A DNA stretch of 63,735 nt, counting the filler, from Octopus bimaculoides (taxonomy: Eukaryota): NCBI RefSeq assembly GCF_001194135.2. It is 9 parts of 9 records of this genome, joined end to end, with 100 filler letters (N's around TTAATTAATTAA, not from the genome) between each part and the next. Parts side by side here need not be neighbours in the genome. Positions count along the whole stretch, not along the records: positions 1 to 26,519 come from NC_068984.1; positions 26,620 to 31,782 come from NC_068988.1; positions 31,883 to 38,967 come from NC_069001.1; positions 39,068 to 46,166 come from NC_068994.1; 5 more parts are not named here. The stretch is one strand, 5' to 3'. The position numbers were made by a program, and so were the translations under genes. The stretch's first letter is position 1. Every line of letters begins with the position of its first letter. Below the pieces are notes generated by a model. The model saw nothing but the letters and a program-made list of their open reading frames with translations, ran no database searches and was not told the DNA's origin. Below, piece after piece: positions 25,945 to 39,239 of the stretch.

Positions 25945-26130
25945 ACAAACAAAAAGAATGCAGCTAGGATAACGGACAGAGTCAACGACGATTGAAAAGG
26001 ATGCAAGACACAACGAACATTTTAGGAAAAATAAATAAGTAAATTAGTGGAAACTTTACCGGTGAGTGTGTTAAATAATAAGGCATTAAGAGAGAATGAG
26101 TCTCCCCAGACACAACAAATTGCATTGTAA
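25945..26130 (+). repeat. Dispersed repeat, same family as the PLE-flanking arms at 39240 and 40690
   Basis: CACAAACAAACAAAAAGAATGCAGCT.GG.TAACGGACAG.GTCAAC...TTGAAAAGG.TGCAAGAC...TCCCCAGACACAACA is shared with 40695-40870. Confidence 0.8.
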
Positions 26131-26269
26131 TTATACTGTAATTATCTTATCTTTTTTAATGAGCAATATTATGTAATATAGTAATTCATACATTTTTGGT
26201 TTCTTTACTCTTTAATACTTGGTATTTCGCATCTCATAAACTATAATAATAATTCTTCCGAACTTATAA

Positions 26270-26322
<53 letters not shown>

Positions 26323-26519
26323 GAAGAAGAAGAAGAACAACATGGATGTGCTACACCGGGCTCCCTATACAAAAACAAATCTAATCCAATAACATCGATG
26401 GAATTAGGCAAAAGAACCGGTGGAAGATTTGAAGGAAACGGTCTTTTAACGAAGATAATTTTTGAAAAAATATTTTTTATTCTTAAAAAATGAAATTTCA
26501 CTGCCATACAAAGCACAGG

Positions 26520-26619
26520 NNNNNNNNNNNNNNNNNNNNNNNNNNNNNNNNNNNNNNNNNNNNTTAATTAATTAANNNNNNNNNNNNNNNNNNNNNNNNN
26601 NNNNNNNNNNNNNNNNNNN
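26520..26619. other. Artificial 100-bp gap spacer N44-TTAATTAATTAA-N44 (linker also at 31827, 39012, 46211, 53128, 57925, 60121, 61288)
   Basis: The identical 12-mer has stop codons in all six frames and is always embedded in N runs. Confidence 0.95.
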
Positions 26620-26625
26620 ATATAC

Positions 26626-26665
<40 letters not shown>

Positions 26666-27069
26666 AGGCAGTGCTCCAGCATGGTGGCAGTCAAATGACT
26701 GAAACAAGTAAAAGAATAAAAGAATACATACATACATACATACATACATACATACGCACACAAACAAGCACACACATATATTTAAACAAGACAGTGACTT
26801 CGAAATTTCGGTCAGTTAAGCTATCGTTGAGCAGTCCGACGATGAGCTTTCCTGGCTGAAACCTCGAAGCAACTATCAATAATAGCCTTGTTTAAGAATA
26901 ATAAATTTGTACTCTACAAAAGTACAGTAACCTATCAGATTAATATAAAATCTATATTATAATTCTGCTTGTTTGTTCGTTCACATGTTACGCTTTAGTG
27001 AGAGGTGAAGTGAGAGTGAGAGAGAGGGGAAGGAGGAAGAGGAGTGAGATAATGAAGAAAGACGTATAC

Positions 27070-27100
<31 letters not shown>

Positions 27101-27130
27101 TGTATGTGTGTATGTATGTATGTATGTATG

Positions 27131-27180
<50 letters not shown>

Positions 27181-27883
27181 ATAATTTCGTGTTTTCCGTG
27201 GAATCCCTACGGGTATTACTAGTTATTTTCATTATAACTAATTATAAAAAGACAAACGTATGTACATATATAAATTTTCAGATACACACTGGTATAGAGA
27301 CTTAGGATATATGATTCGACTTTCTTAGTGTCTAGATTTTACAGACATCAATTCCTTACTCGAAAGACAGGAACAAACAGGTCTTAAAGGAAAACTGAAT
27401 GTGAGTTTATTTGAATCTACTCACATTTCTGGCTTGCTTGTGGCAAGAAGTTGCTTAACGTATCTTTAACAATACTTTCTCAGCCATTAGCTATCTTGGA
27501 GACGTGAGTGCGTCGAACCTTGCTGAAGCTCTAATTTGGTTTTCTGGCCTGTGGCGAGAAGTTAGATGTAAGCTCTCTGGTCGCTCTCAACTTCTAAGAT
27601 TGTTCTGGCTTGCTTGAAGTGAGTCGTGTGTTCTTTGTGGTGATCGCGAACCTTTGCGCTTAGATCTTCGCAGGCACTGCTTATCACAAGAGAAAAAGCG
27701 TGCGAACCTTAAAGATATTTTAGATGATGTTCTGGTTCTGTGGCGTGATCTCCTGAATTTCGATGGCCTTGTAAGTATATATCTTAATTTCCACAAAGTG
27801 TAAAACCTGTAAATGTTATAATAAAGTTACGGAGATGTACTTGCATAGCGAGTGACCTGATCTGAGATCGTGTACTGAAACAA

Positions 27884-28177
27884 AAACAATTGCAGCGTGG
27901 AAGGTGTTTACAAACCATTTAAAAATACAAAATAAAAACCCCGTTAGATTCACTTCAACATTTAAATTTATTTTGTCGAAATATTTTCGTCGCTTTGAAA
28001 CCGCGACTTGTTCAGTGACAAAATTCTGTGCTGCACGGAATGTTGTCACTGAACAGATCGTAGTTTCAAAGCGACGAAAATATTTCGACAAATTAAAAAT
28101 TTAAATGTTGAAGTGAATCTAACGGTTTTTGTGTGTTTTTTAATGGCTTGTAAACACCTTCCACGTTTCAATTGTTT
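27884..28177. repeat. About 294-bp imperfect palindrome (fold-back element)
   Basis: Arms such as CCGTTAGATTCACTTCAACATTTAAATTT / AAATTTAAATGTTGAAGTGAATCTAACGG and TCGAAATATTTTCGTCGCTTTGAAAC / GTTTCAAAGCGACGAAAATATTTCGA. Centre near 28030. Confidence 0.9.
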
Positions 28178-29514
28178 ATTACAATTTAATAAAAATATAT
28201 GTGTTTATTTTATTTATTATTTTTATTTTCCCTTTTATTTGAAAGATTCCAGGTATGTAATGTGGTGCCTCAAATCAGGTGACGCTCCTTGCGAACTTTC
28301 AACCGACCCTGAATATACCTACAAACACGGAAATATGCTAATATTATCAATAATATACAGGATAGACGTCACAATCCGGACGTACATTTCCGTTTGTTTT
28401 CTAAGAACACGCGATTGGCTGCTCATAGGATAGACAAAAGCAACTTGTAGCTAATCTTACCAGTCGCGATATACATTTACCTGTCTGTACATAAAATTGT
28501 ACATATACCAACATATCCGTATCTGTGTCCTCTATAGTTAAAGGAAGAGAAAAGAAAACTGTCATTTAATTGCACCTTCTTATATTTCCTCACGTAAAAA
28601 TACGTCACAGCTTATTAAAAGACCATCTTGTAAAACATAACAGGAATTATATAGGAGAAGAGTAAAGTGAACGTGAGTTAGATTTACACAAACAATGCGG
28701 CCATTTTCTAGTTGGTAAAGAACAACTTGGCCCAAATAATGTGTCCTTTTACATATACATAATCACTCTATTCAAATATAAATTTTGTTGACCTAATTGT
28801 CAACAATATTTGCTTCTGCAAAGTGTAAGTGGTTTTTTTTTTAGTTACTCGTTTGTACTTCAGAACAGACTTGCTTAGTATGTTATTAGTAATTTATACC
28901 ATACACCATATTGTCTTTTGTTGTTGAATTGCTTTATAAAACAACAGACGTATTTAATACCTTTTAACATTAGAAGTGTGTTGAGTCTATTGGATGTGTA
29001 AGGGGTAACAATGATTATAAATTCATGCCTAAACGTTTCGTGCAGACTCCTTTGTCCAAGAGTGTTTACTAGTAGGTTGAAAGGAATAACAGTTTACGGC
29101 TGAAAGTTTTAAACTTCACCTGATATCATGGGTCACATGACCCATGACCTTATATGTTTTCACATCACGTGCATCAGTCAGTTCTTCCTTAAAGTTTATG
29201 GGAAGGAAATGTGGCATGTGACGGGGTGGAATTTACACAGCTTGAACAAACACAAATGAAAAATATAGGAAAGTGAATGGAAAAGCATTTATAAAAGCAT
29301 AACTTTCCTTCGAAATAAAAACTTATGGTATTTTCTAGCATTTTGGTTATCATCCGAAGATCACGTGATATTATGCCTGTTATTTCCGCAATAATTCCTA
29401 CACATTTCCTGTCCTGTACTTATAATTTCGATCCCTCATCGCCTTTGCTACAGTTATTTATTTCTTTATTGCCTACGGGGNNNNNNNNNNNNNNNNNNNN
29501 NNNGGGGGGGGGGG

Positions 29515-30150
29515 GTGAACATAAAGGGAACAAACAAGGACAGACAAAGGGTTTAAGTCGATTACATCTGTAGTGACACCTAGAGCAGACGACTGTTATA
29601 TGTTCAATGTCCGGAGTTTTATCCACGCATGCGCAGGGACTAGTTCCGGAAGGAATACAGGAAGAGTCTCATGCGCATGCGTAGAGTTCGACACCCAGCT
29701 TTGGCGCCTTTTCTCACTCTCTTCGTTCGCTGATCTCCGTTGAGCCTAGACGTCCCATCGAGCTCTCTCCAACATTCCAGCACTAGAGCTACACAAACAA
29801 CCACGAACTTCATTGACGGCGTCTCAGTAACCAAAGGCGACGAGCTACCGAATTCCCTCCAAGCGTGAGCCGAATTCCACTGTAAATAAATATTGTTGTG
29901 TTGTTCAGAATCTGCGTTCCGTTGTTTCTTCAAGAAATTTAATGTACGGAAGCGGAGTACACCTAATGGTGTATAACCACTTACCTACACATCGATCCCC
30001 AGTGCATAACTGTTAATTATTTAACCGACCCCGAAAGGATGAAAAGCAAAGTCGACCTCAGTGGAATTTGAACTCAGAACGTATCGGCAAACGAAATACC
30101 GCTAAGCATTTCGCCCGGCGTGCTAATGATTCTGTCAGCTCGCCACCCTA
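29515..30150 (-). mobile_element. Octopod-type SINE split by the solo LTR
   Basis: ACAAACAAGGACAGACAAAGGG.TTAAGTCGATTACATC | GATCCCCAGTGC...GAAAGGATGAAA.GCAAAGTCGACCTC matches the uninterrupted copy at 58600-58800. Confidence 0.85.
29569..29989 (+). mobile_element. Solo LTR (421 bp)
   Basis: TGTAG...CTACA inverted termini, 4-bp TSD CATC (29565-29568 and 29990-29993), AATAAA at 29885. It interrupts a SINE that is collinear across the insertion. Confidence 0.82.
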
Positions 30151-32219
30151 ATCAACAGTTATTACAGTGGCTGATCTACGCCAACACAGTTCAGACGCTC
30201 CCAATACAGTTGTTTCTTTTCCTCTTGTCGCCCATATTGTGTCACCTTCACAGGCTCCCACACTAACCTCTGTAGAAGTCTTTCCATCCCAGAATAGAAC
30301 TTTACCCACCCTGGAATCCTTTCCCTATGTTGCACACGCTTTTTTTTTTCGTACCACCGACGTCTCACAACTATTCAAAAGAAGCATAAGCTGTATCGAT
30401 TTCAACGGGGACGCTGTGAATGTCATGGCCAGAGACCCTTCTTTTAAACTAGTACAAAAAAGGTACAATATAAGTAATGGGGTCAGGTAATTACATCTAT
30501 GAGCGAAACTGATATTATAACGAGGGAAGTCTACTTTACTAAAACGGATCATTACAGCCAACAGTTTACATTTTCTTTGTTCCTATTTCGTTGATTATAT
30601 TTATGTTTCTATAACGAGCGGGTACAGACACACAAAGGACGATTAAGAGATAATTCACTTTCAATTATCTCTTTAGCCACAGGAGTAAGATTAAAGATAG
30701 CTAGGACGAAGCTGAAAGTTGGTTGAATGAGAAAAGTAGTTGTTCGTTTTCGAATTATCATCTCTTTATTGTTAAAAGCTCGTATTGAATCCGATGATCT
30801 CCCTTCTCGCCTCCAAAAATATAATAATAACAGTGTATTAGAGACTTGAAAATTTTCTTAGTTGTGTGTAGATTAAAGGGAAATATATCGAGAGGAAGAT
30901 TGAGTGTGGGTGAGTGAATAAATACGAGTGTCAGCTGCTTTAATGCTAGCCCTATGCTAGTAAGAGTTAGGTACTTCATGTTGCAAACTCCTCATATTTG
31001 TAGGATCTAATCCCCATAGGCTGATAGCGTCCACCGCCTGATATGAACATATGGCTGCTCTTTGTTTCTTCATCTGTCTAATAGCTGTCTGTCGCTCTCT
31101 GACTCAACCGTAAATTCGATCTCTTTTAAGCAGCTCCAAAATAAATCTGGTTGGATAGATTTGAGGTGGCACCATCACTCGAATATCCGAGAAATATTTA
31201 GTTGTAATTTTATTTGCCGTATTTTCTCATTCTGCTAAAACTCCAGTTAATGCTCTGATTGAAGACAACCGGTCCGATATTCGAATTAACGTACAAACCA
31301 CCTACATAATGAAGATTAAAGCAAAGTTGTTTTATATTGTAAAAAGAAAAATATTTTAAATTTAAAAATAGCAGATCAATGCTACATGGATTTTGTTCAC
31401 GTATTTTTAACATGCACAACTACTCCCACACTCATATAGATCAGTGTGTCATCACTAAGGCAATTTTTGGCTAAAATGTTAAAATTCATAAAAACGTTCG
31501 TTTCAAAGTCAAAACCGAAGCCAAAAGTCTTTTTTAAAAACTAATAATCGTAATTTATCACTTTAAAAAATCAAAGTTAAAATCGTGCAATAAAGTTAAA
31601 ATAATTTAAAAAATGAAATTTCACAAAAAAGAAAATCTATTCATTGATATATATTCTTATGTACTGATTAAACCTAAATTTGATATAAATTTCTGCTAGT
31701 CTTTAAGTAGAGCAGTCATATTAGACAACAATTTCGGAGTTTTCCAAGCACTCCATACAGCTTATCCTACCCTCTGATATTGNNNNNNNNNNNNNNNNNN
31801 NNNNNNNNNNNNNNNNNNNNNNNNNNTTAATTAATTAANNNNNNNNNNNNNNNNNNNNNNNNNNNNNNNNNNNNNNNNNNNNGACAGCAAATACTAAGCA
31901 GTACCAGCATTGCTAGAAATAAGAGTCAAAACAACTCAATCGCCACAGAAGCACTATCTTAATAACTGGCAAGGAGAGACAACCAACCAAGTGGACCTAG
32001 CCAGGCCATCGGTGATTTCGAATTTTGATGCAGAGCATCAAAATTCTCATCAGTGGCTCTTACTGTGCCTAGGGTTAAACTCCACGAACCTTGTCAGCTT
32101 ATAAGAAAACTGTTGAATTCATACACTGATTCCAAAAATGGTAAAGGTGAAAACTATAAATAATATGAATGGCTGATTATCAATTTAACAACCTCAAGGC
32201 AAATTCATAGATGTGTATA

Positions 32220-32266
<47 letters not shown>

Positions 32267-32559
32267 TTATATATATATTTATATATATATACATATATAC
32301 ACACATACACACAGTCACCCCAACAGAAAATAGAGACTGCCATTGTTTTTTAAGATTTATTTCTAGAAACAAAATAATGTCATTTGATTTATTTAAATAC
32401 TTAATCTAATATTTCTAAGACATGACTGATGCAATTTTTAAAATGATTTAACCTGTTTGGGCATCATATTAACAAGCAGTATCTATATAGATAAAAATGA
32501 TATAATGCAGGGTGTCTATTTACTTATGCGATGTCTGAGTATATATAAAAATGTATATA

Positions 32560-32807
32560 CATAGGCACAGGCGTGGCTGTGTGGTAAGAAGCTTGCTTCT
32601 CAACCACATGGTTCCAGGTTCAGTCCCACTGTATGGCACCTTGGGCAAGTGTCTTCTACTACAGCCTTGGGCCATGCTGTTTTAGGTTCTGTCCCACTGC
32701 ATGGTACCTTGGCCAGTTTTTTTTTTTTTGCTATTGCCCTGGGGCTGATCAAAGCCTTGTGAATGGATTGGGTTGATGGAAACTGAAAGAAGCTTATTAA
32801 GTGTGTG

Positions 32808-32838
<31 letters not shown>

Positions 32839-33130
32839 TTGTGTGTGTTACTGTTTTCTAGCCTTGATCTTCTGAGATGTTTGTCAGTGAATGCCACTAC
32901 AATGCAATCAGGTGAACTTCAGTTCCAATCTTCCATAAAAACATGTCTGGTTGTGGGGAAATATTTTCTTGAAAACAGTTGAAGGTTGGTGACAGGAAGG
33001 GCATCCGTTTGTAGAAAATATGCCCCCAACAAATTCCGGCTGACCCATACAATCATGAAGAAGTTGACATTAAAACAATGGTAATAATAATGACCACAAA
33101 GATGACAATGATGATGATGATGATGAAGAT
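32560..33130 (+). mobile_element. tRNA-derived SINE with RTE-like 3' tail and (GAT)n end
   Basis: Head GGCGTGGCTGTGTGGTAAGAAGCTTGCTT...GGTTCAGTCCCACTG. Tail GACAGGAAGGGCATCCG..TGTAGAAA resembles the RTE 3' ends at 36370 and 45720. Confidence 0.8.
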
Positions 33131-34207
33131 GATAATGATGAGTGACTCATATTGACCTAACAATAGTTTCTCTTATCCTCTTTAGATATTTTTCATTTCT
33201 CTTTGATATTCCTCCAGCTTGCCCCCAAACTTAACCAGACTCCTATGTTCCTGACAATGTCTGTCTCAAATACATTGAATTAGTCAAAGATAACAGCTAA
33301 GTTCATGTGAGTTAAGAAATATTTAATTAGGTTAATTACAGGTTAATGTAGTGAATAATGAAAGCAACAAAACAGCGGCCATTCACCGCTTAATTCAGAA
33401 ATATCTTTTTACAAATTTTATCGCCAACGAAGATTTATTTATTAAAGAAATATATTACACAAATTAAAAATAAGATAGAATTACACCAGAATTTGAAATT
33501 GTTTCATCTTTAATTCATGGAATTGGTAAGAATAACATGAATACATTTAACTCTTTTGACATCAGATGTTGGTAAATATCAAGTATTGACTATTGGCGTT
33601 TTAACTCATTGTGAAAATGGAAACTTCTAGAAACACTTTCTCTTAAATCAAATAAACACTTGATGTTATGCAATGTTTCTCAAAATTGAAAGCAAAATTA
33701 TGCAATTGACCAAAATTGACATCATTTGCATATGCAATTAACCAAGCACTTTCACATATACATTTAATGGTAAACAGTTTGGTATTTGAAAAAGTTATGC
33801 AATTTTCCAAATTAGGTAATTATCTGAAATGCAATTAAGCAGATTTAACTGCATACATGAAGACATACACATACATGCACACATACATATACATACTTGC
33901 TAACATACACATATACACATGATGGCTGCAACTCAATTTCCAGTAATGCTAGTGATTGATTCTCCTTTTAATCATGAGCCATGCAGAAATGACTTTGCAA
34001 TCCTATTAGGGACCCACACTCATTTGCATAGATCTGGAATTGATGGGCACCTCTTGCAGCAGGCAGTCAACAAATTTACCACCCATGCTTACACACATAC
34101 ATACTCACACAGATGCATACATTACTTACGTACATACACACCCTAATACATAAATAACACGGTTCTTCACTGCACATACATTACAGTTACAACGTTGGCT
34201 GTTGTTT

Positions 34208-34420
34208 AAGGGTGGTGAGCTGGCAGAATTGTTAGCATGCCGGGCAAAATGCTTAGCGGTATTTCACCTATCTTTACGTTCTGAGTTCAAATTCCGCCAA
34301 GGTCGACTTTGCCTTTCATCCTTTCAGAGTCGATAAATTAAGTCCCAATTGTGTACTGGGTTCGATCTAATCAACTGGCCCCTCCCCCAAAATTTCAGGC
34401 CTTGTGCCTAGAGCAGTAAA
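34208..34420 (+). mobile_element. Octopod-type tRNA-derived SINE
   Basis: GGTGAGCTGGCAGAATTGTTAGCATGCCGGGCAAAATGCTTAGC...GAGTTCAAATTCCGCCAAGGTCGACTTTG. Confidence 0.85.
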
Positions 34421-35282
34421 AAATGTTGGCCGTTATTTAGTTTTACCATTGCACTAATCCTTCATTTTATTACTAGGTTCTTTTTCTATCTTCTAGATAC
34501 CAAATATATTTTGATAGTGAAGTAGAATTACTCTTCATCATATAACTAAAAAGGAGAGTATACTCAGTATATACATTAAAAAGGTGTTTTCAGTTAGCTT
34601 GATATATACCTTTTCTGTGCAGTCTCTTGATTTAACTTTGGCTCTATATATAAAATAATTTGACTGGCATATTCTGTTGAGGAGACAATTTGTTACTTTT
34701 CTCAAGTTACATACACCTTGAGTTGGTTTTGTAGTGTTTCTGAATTTTCAATGAAGATTTACTATCCTTGTGTGAACTGAAGATGGGAAATTTCGTTCAA
34801 AGAATGAAGAGAATTATCACTCTTAATTTGTAAATATCCTATGTAATTTATACATGTAAAACACATGGCCTATATCAGACAACAAAGCAAATAGCTGTTT
34901 GGATTTTTTATGAAAGAAGAAACACTTTTAACTTTAGGAAAGAAGAAAACACATAAAGCATTGAGTAGTGATGGAAAATGCAATGACCAAATACATTTGA
35001 CAATTATGCTCTACGACGTATATTGTGGATTTTACTTGCATTGATTATATTAAAAAAAAGACACATGCACACACACTGAGAAAAGAAGACATAGAAAGAG
35101 GAGTGTTTCTCAATACGGTATTTATTACTGACAGCTAGGTGAAGTAATTGATCTGGGACTGAATCATGTTGAAGTGATATCTCTATTCCTCTTGACAACT
35201 AGATGGATAGACAGATAGACACATACACACACATATACACTCAGATAAATACACAGACATATAAAAATACATATAAATGTAT

Positions 35283-35326
<44 letters not shown>

Positions 35327-35499
35327 TAATAAAGATAGCTAGATTGATATATAGATAGATGGATGAATGCACAGTTAGATTTATTGATAGATCACTTGAT
35401 AGGTCAATAGACAACTAGTCAGATCGATTGATAGATTGACAGATAAATTGATAGACAGATCAATAGTAAGATACACAATAACAGATAGAGGCAGACAGC

Positions 35500-35543
<44 letters not shown>

Positions 35544-36269
35544 CCAACACCATACAGACAGATTGCTAGCGAGATATTTAGATAGACAGATGGATAAACA
35601 GAATAAATTCACTTTAGTTTTTGGATGGTACTGTATCAATTCCAGAAGGTTAAAAGGCACAGCCAACCTTTGTGGAATTAGAAGAAACTAAATTGAGGCA
35701 GACATGAAATCATAGTCTAATGGTCTGCCATTTCTGCTACAACCGTATCTTCTCTTCTTTGACACCTGATTTCAAACAACTATGGACATGACTAAACGTT
35801 GGGTAAGTGATGATTGACATGGCTGTCCTATATGCTGGAAATAGCAGATAAATCTTCCTCAAATCACATCCTACTGTCTTGAAGAGAAAGGTGTACATTG
35901 GTTAATGTAGTCCTTGATATATATGTCTAAGAAAAAGACATGATGGTAATAATTGGCTTTTAAACATGGGTCTGTTCTGGTAGGGCCTAACCTTGAGTTT
36001 AACAACAAAAACTAGTAATATTATCAAGGTGGAAAAGGCTCAACAACATTTTGTCTGTCTTCACATTCTGAGTTCAATTTTCACTAAGGCTGAGTTTGCT
36101 TTCCTTCTTTTCAGGATTGATAAAATATGGGCCATTTGAGAACTGGCGACGATGTAATTAACTTAGCCCTTCACCAAAAATTGCTGGTCTTCTACCAAAA
36201 TTCGAAACCAATATTAGAAGTGTTAAGGCTGTCACCCCTCGTGAAAACCATTGTCCTGTATTGTACCGG

Positions 36270-36520
36270 TACCATGTAAGAGGTTGTACTATACTGTACT
36301 GGTGCCATGTAAGAGGCACTAATGCCAGTGCCACATAATGGCACCCTGCTTACTCTGTAAAGTGATTGGCACTAGGAAGGGGCATCTAGCCATAGAAACC
36401 ATGGCAAAACAGACTAAGGAACCTGATGTGGCTCCTGGCCTTGACGGTTCCTGTCAAGCCATCCGATCCATGCCAGCATGGAAAACAGATGTTGAATGGT
36501 GATGATGACGATGATGATGT
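36270..36520 (+). mobile_element. RTE LINE 3' UTR fragment ending in (GAT)n
   Basis: Homologous to 45620-45860 (TGGCA.TAGGAAGGGCATC.AGC..TAGAAACC...GTCAAGCCATCC.A.CCA.GCCAG). Confidence 0.75.
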
Positions 36521-37289
36521 GTATGTGTGTTTGTGTATGTGTGTGTGTGTATCTGTGCATCTGTGTGTGTATCTGTGCATCTGTGTGTGTGTGTGTATCT
36601 GTGCATATACATGCATACATACATGCTTATGTACATACATGCATACATACATACATATACACACATACTTACGTACATACATACACAGACACATGCATAT
36701 GAGAAATGCACTTGTATCTTCCTTATTCCTGTCTCTGCTTATGTGTGTGCATATGTGTGTGTGTTTGTGTATGTATGTATGCATGCAAATGTGTGTGTGT
36801 ATGTGTGTATATGTATGTGTGTACGTTTGTGTGTATGTATGTATGTATGTATGTGTGTATGCATGTGTGTGTATGTGTGTGTGTGTGTGTGTGCCTTAAT
36901 CAACCTCTGGTCCTTCTCTCTCAATATTTCTCCCCATCCTCCTACTCTCTCTCTATTTCTCTTTCCTCCCACCTCTCTCTCTCTCTCTCCCCCCAGACAG
37001 TAATATTTAATTTTGCTATAAATAGCTCTTCTATTGATTTTTATGTTGTAAGAAAGGTCTGAGTATTATTATTGTTGTTGTTGGTGTTGGTGTTGGTTTG
37101 CACAAAAATGGTGTTGTGCTGGTAGAGGCGGTGGTGGGGGTGGCGTTTGTGGTCATGGGAGTGATAATGGTGATAGTGGTACAGGTGGTGGTGGTTGCAG
37201 TGGCAGTGGTGGTAGCAATAATGGGAATGGTGACAGAATGTGGTGGTGATGATGGTGGTTGTGGTGATGGTGGTGGTTGTGGTGACGGT

Positions 37290-37432
37290 GGTGGTTGTGG
37301 TGGCATTTCTTGTGCTTCTTAGCGGTATTTCGTCTGCCGTTACGTTCCGAGTTCAAATTCCGCCAAGGTCGACTTTGCCTTTCATCCTTTCGGGGTCGAT
37401 TAAATAAGTACCAGTTACGCACTGGGGTCGAT
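37290..37432 (+). mobile_element. Octopod-type SINE fragment
   Basis: GCTT.TTAGCGGTATTTCGTCTGCCGTTACGTTCCGAGTTCAAATTCCGCCAAGGTCGACTTTGCC; cut by an N gap. Confidence 0.8.
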
Positions 37433-37818
37433 NNNNNNNNNNNNNNNNNNNNNNNNNNNNNNNNNNNNNNNNNNNNNNNNNNNNNNNNNNNNNNNNNNNN
37501 NNNNNNNNNNNNNNNNNNNNNNNNNNNNNNNNNNNNNNNNNNNNNNNNNNNNNNNNNNNNNNNNNNNNNNNNNNNNNNNNNNNNNNNNNNNNNNNNNNNN
37601 NNNNNNNNNNNNNNNNNNNNNNNNNNNNNNNNNNNNNNNNNNNNNNNNNNNNNNNNNNNNNNNNNNNNNNNNNNNNNNNNNNNNNNNNNNNNNNNNNNNN
37701 NNNNNNNNNNNNNNNNNNNNNNNNNNNNNNNNNNNNNNNNNNNNNNNNNNNNNNNNNNNNNNNNNNNNNNNNNNNNNNNNNNNNNNNNNNNNNNNNNNNN
37801 NNNNNNNNNNNNNNNNNA

Positions 37819-38370
37819 AGTTGCCCATGCATACCATCTTCTCCTCTCCATACCACTGATGTTTTCCAAGAGAAAGGCAAAGGGGATGATACACCTTGAC
37901 ACCAGTGATGTTGCAACTCATTTCTACAGCTGAGTGAACTAGAGCAACATGAAATAAAGTGTCTTGCTCAAGAACACAACACACAACTTGGACATATAAA
38001 AGACCATGGGATTGCACCTAGAAAGTTCTCCACCGAGGCACCAGTGATGTCACAACTCATTTCTACAGCTGGGCGAACTGGAGGCAATGTGAAATAAAGT
38101 GTCTTGCTCAAGAACACAACACAAAGCCTGGATATATAAAAGACCCCCTTTGGTCATGAATGACCATGGGATTGCACCTAGAAAGTTCCCCACTGAGGCA
38201 CAAGTCTGGGCGAGGTTTTTTATGGAAGACCAGCAGTCGCCCATGCATGCCAGCCTCTCCCCTCTTCCCACCACTGATGTTATCCAAGGGGAAGGCAAAG
38301 GGTCTGATACAGCTTGGCACCAGTGATGTCACACCTCATTTTTACAGCCGAGTGAACTGGAACAACAACA
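37819..38370 (-). mobile_element. Rearranged tandem SINE modules (core domain and RTE-like tail)
   Basis: CACCAGTGATGT..CA.CTCATTT.TACAGC occurs three times, AAATAAAGTGTCTTGCTCAAGAACACAACAC twice, and GACCATGGGATTGCACCTAGAAAGTT twice. Confidence 0.7.
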
Positions 38371-38634
38371 ATACAGTGATACAAGGAGACTTCCTCTCTT
38401 ACCTGTGAACTTTCTATTTACCTGCAAATTTTCTATTTACTTTGTGTCCCGCAGGTAGATTGAATTTAACACCTGTACAAGAAACTCAATGTATTGGACA
38501 CTAGGTATAAATATCATTTTAAGTAGCCTCAAAATTTATTACAATTTTCAATCTTCTATCTGTGTATGTCTTTCATATGTTTGTAGAACGTTGTACTTTG
38601 GTAACAGCAACTACACTACGCATACAAAACTAGC

Positions 38635-38669
<35 letters not shown>

Positions 38670-38894
38670 CAATGATAATGGAAATGGTGATGATGATGAT
38701 GTTTATAACGATGAAATTGATGATGATGACGATGTTGATGATGATGGTGATTATAATGATGATGGTGGTGGCGGTGGTGATGTTTTTTTTGCCTTGGCAA
38801 AAGCAAAACAAAGAACTATTACAAAAGAATTTGATTTATTTAAACCATACAATAGCAAACAATTATTGGCCTGTGTATTGTATACATATGTATG

Positions 38895-38927
<33 letters not shown>

Positions 38928-39239
38928 TTGTATGTATGTATGTTGGTATGTATGTATGTGTGTATGTNNNNNNNNNNNNNNNNNNNNNNNNNNNNNNNNN
39001 NNNNNNNNNNNTTAATTAATTAANNNNNNNNNNNNNNNNNNNNNNNNNNNNNNNNNNNNNNNNNNNNATATATATATATATATATATACATAGTCCAGTA
39101 CACATTCATATATATACACTCACCTACATGTACACATATTATGACATTTATGTCGGTGTTATTATATATTTGGTGTGTTAGTTTAGTAATAAATGAGGGG
39201 CGTGGCAGGAGAGGGAGAAAGTTCACTGTCATCTCGTTA

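Noticed and set aside
27440-27800. Minus-strand peptide containing QARTILEVE, reminiscent of a TRP-box-adjacent motif
   Set aside because: Interrupted by stops, very short match, no flanking transmembrane segments or splice evidence.
29015-29060. Minus-strand GAAACGTT preceded by TGGACAA, vaguely hammerhead-like
   Set aside because: No convincing stem II or CUGANGA core.
30167-30561. Overlapping ORFs of 68-107 aa next to a SINE
   Set aside because: No recognisable domain; cannot be supported as a gene or a LINE.
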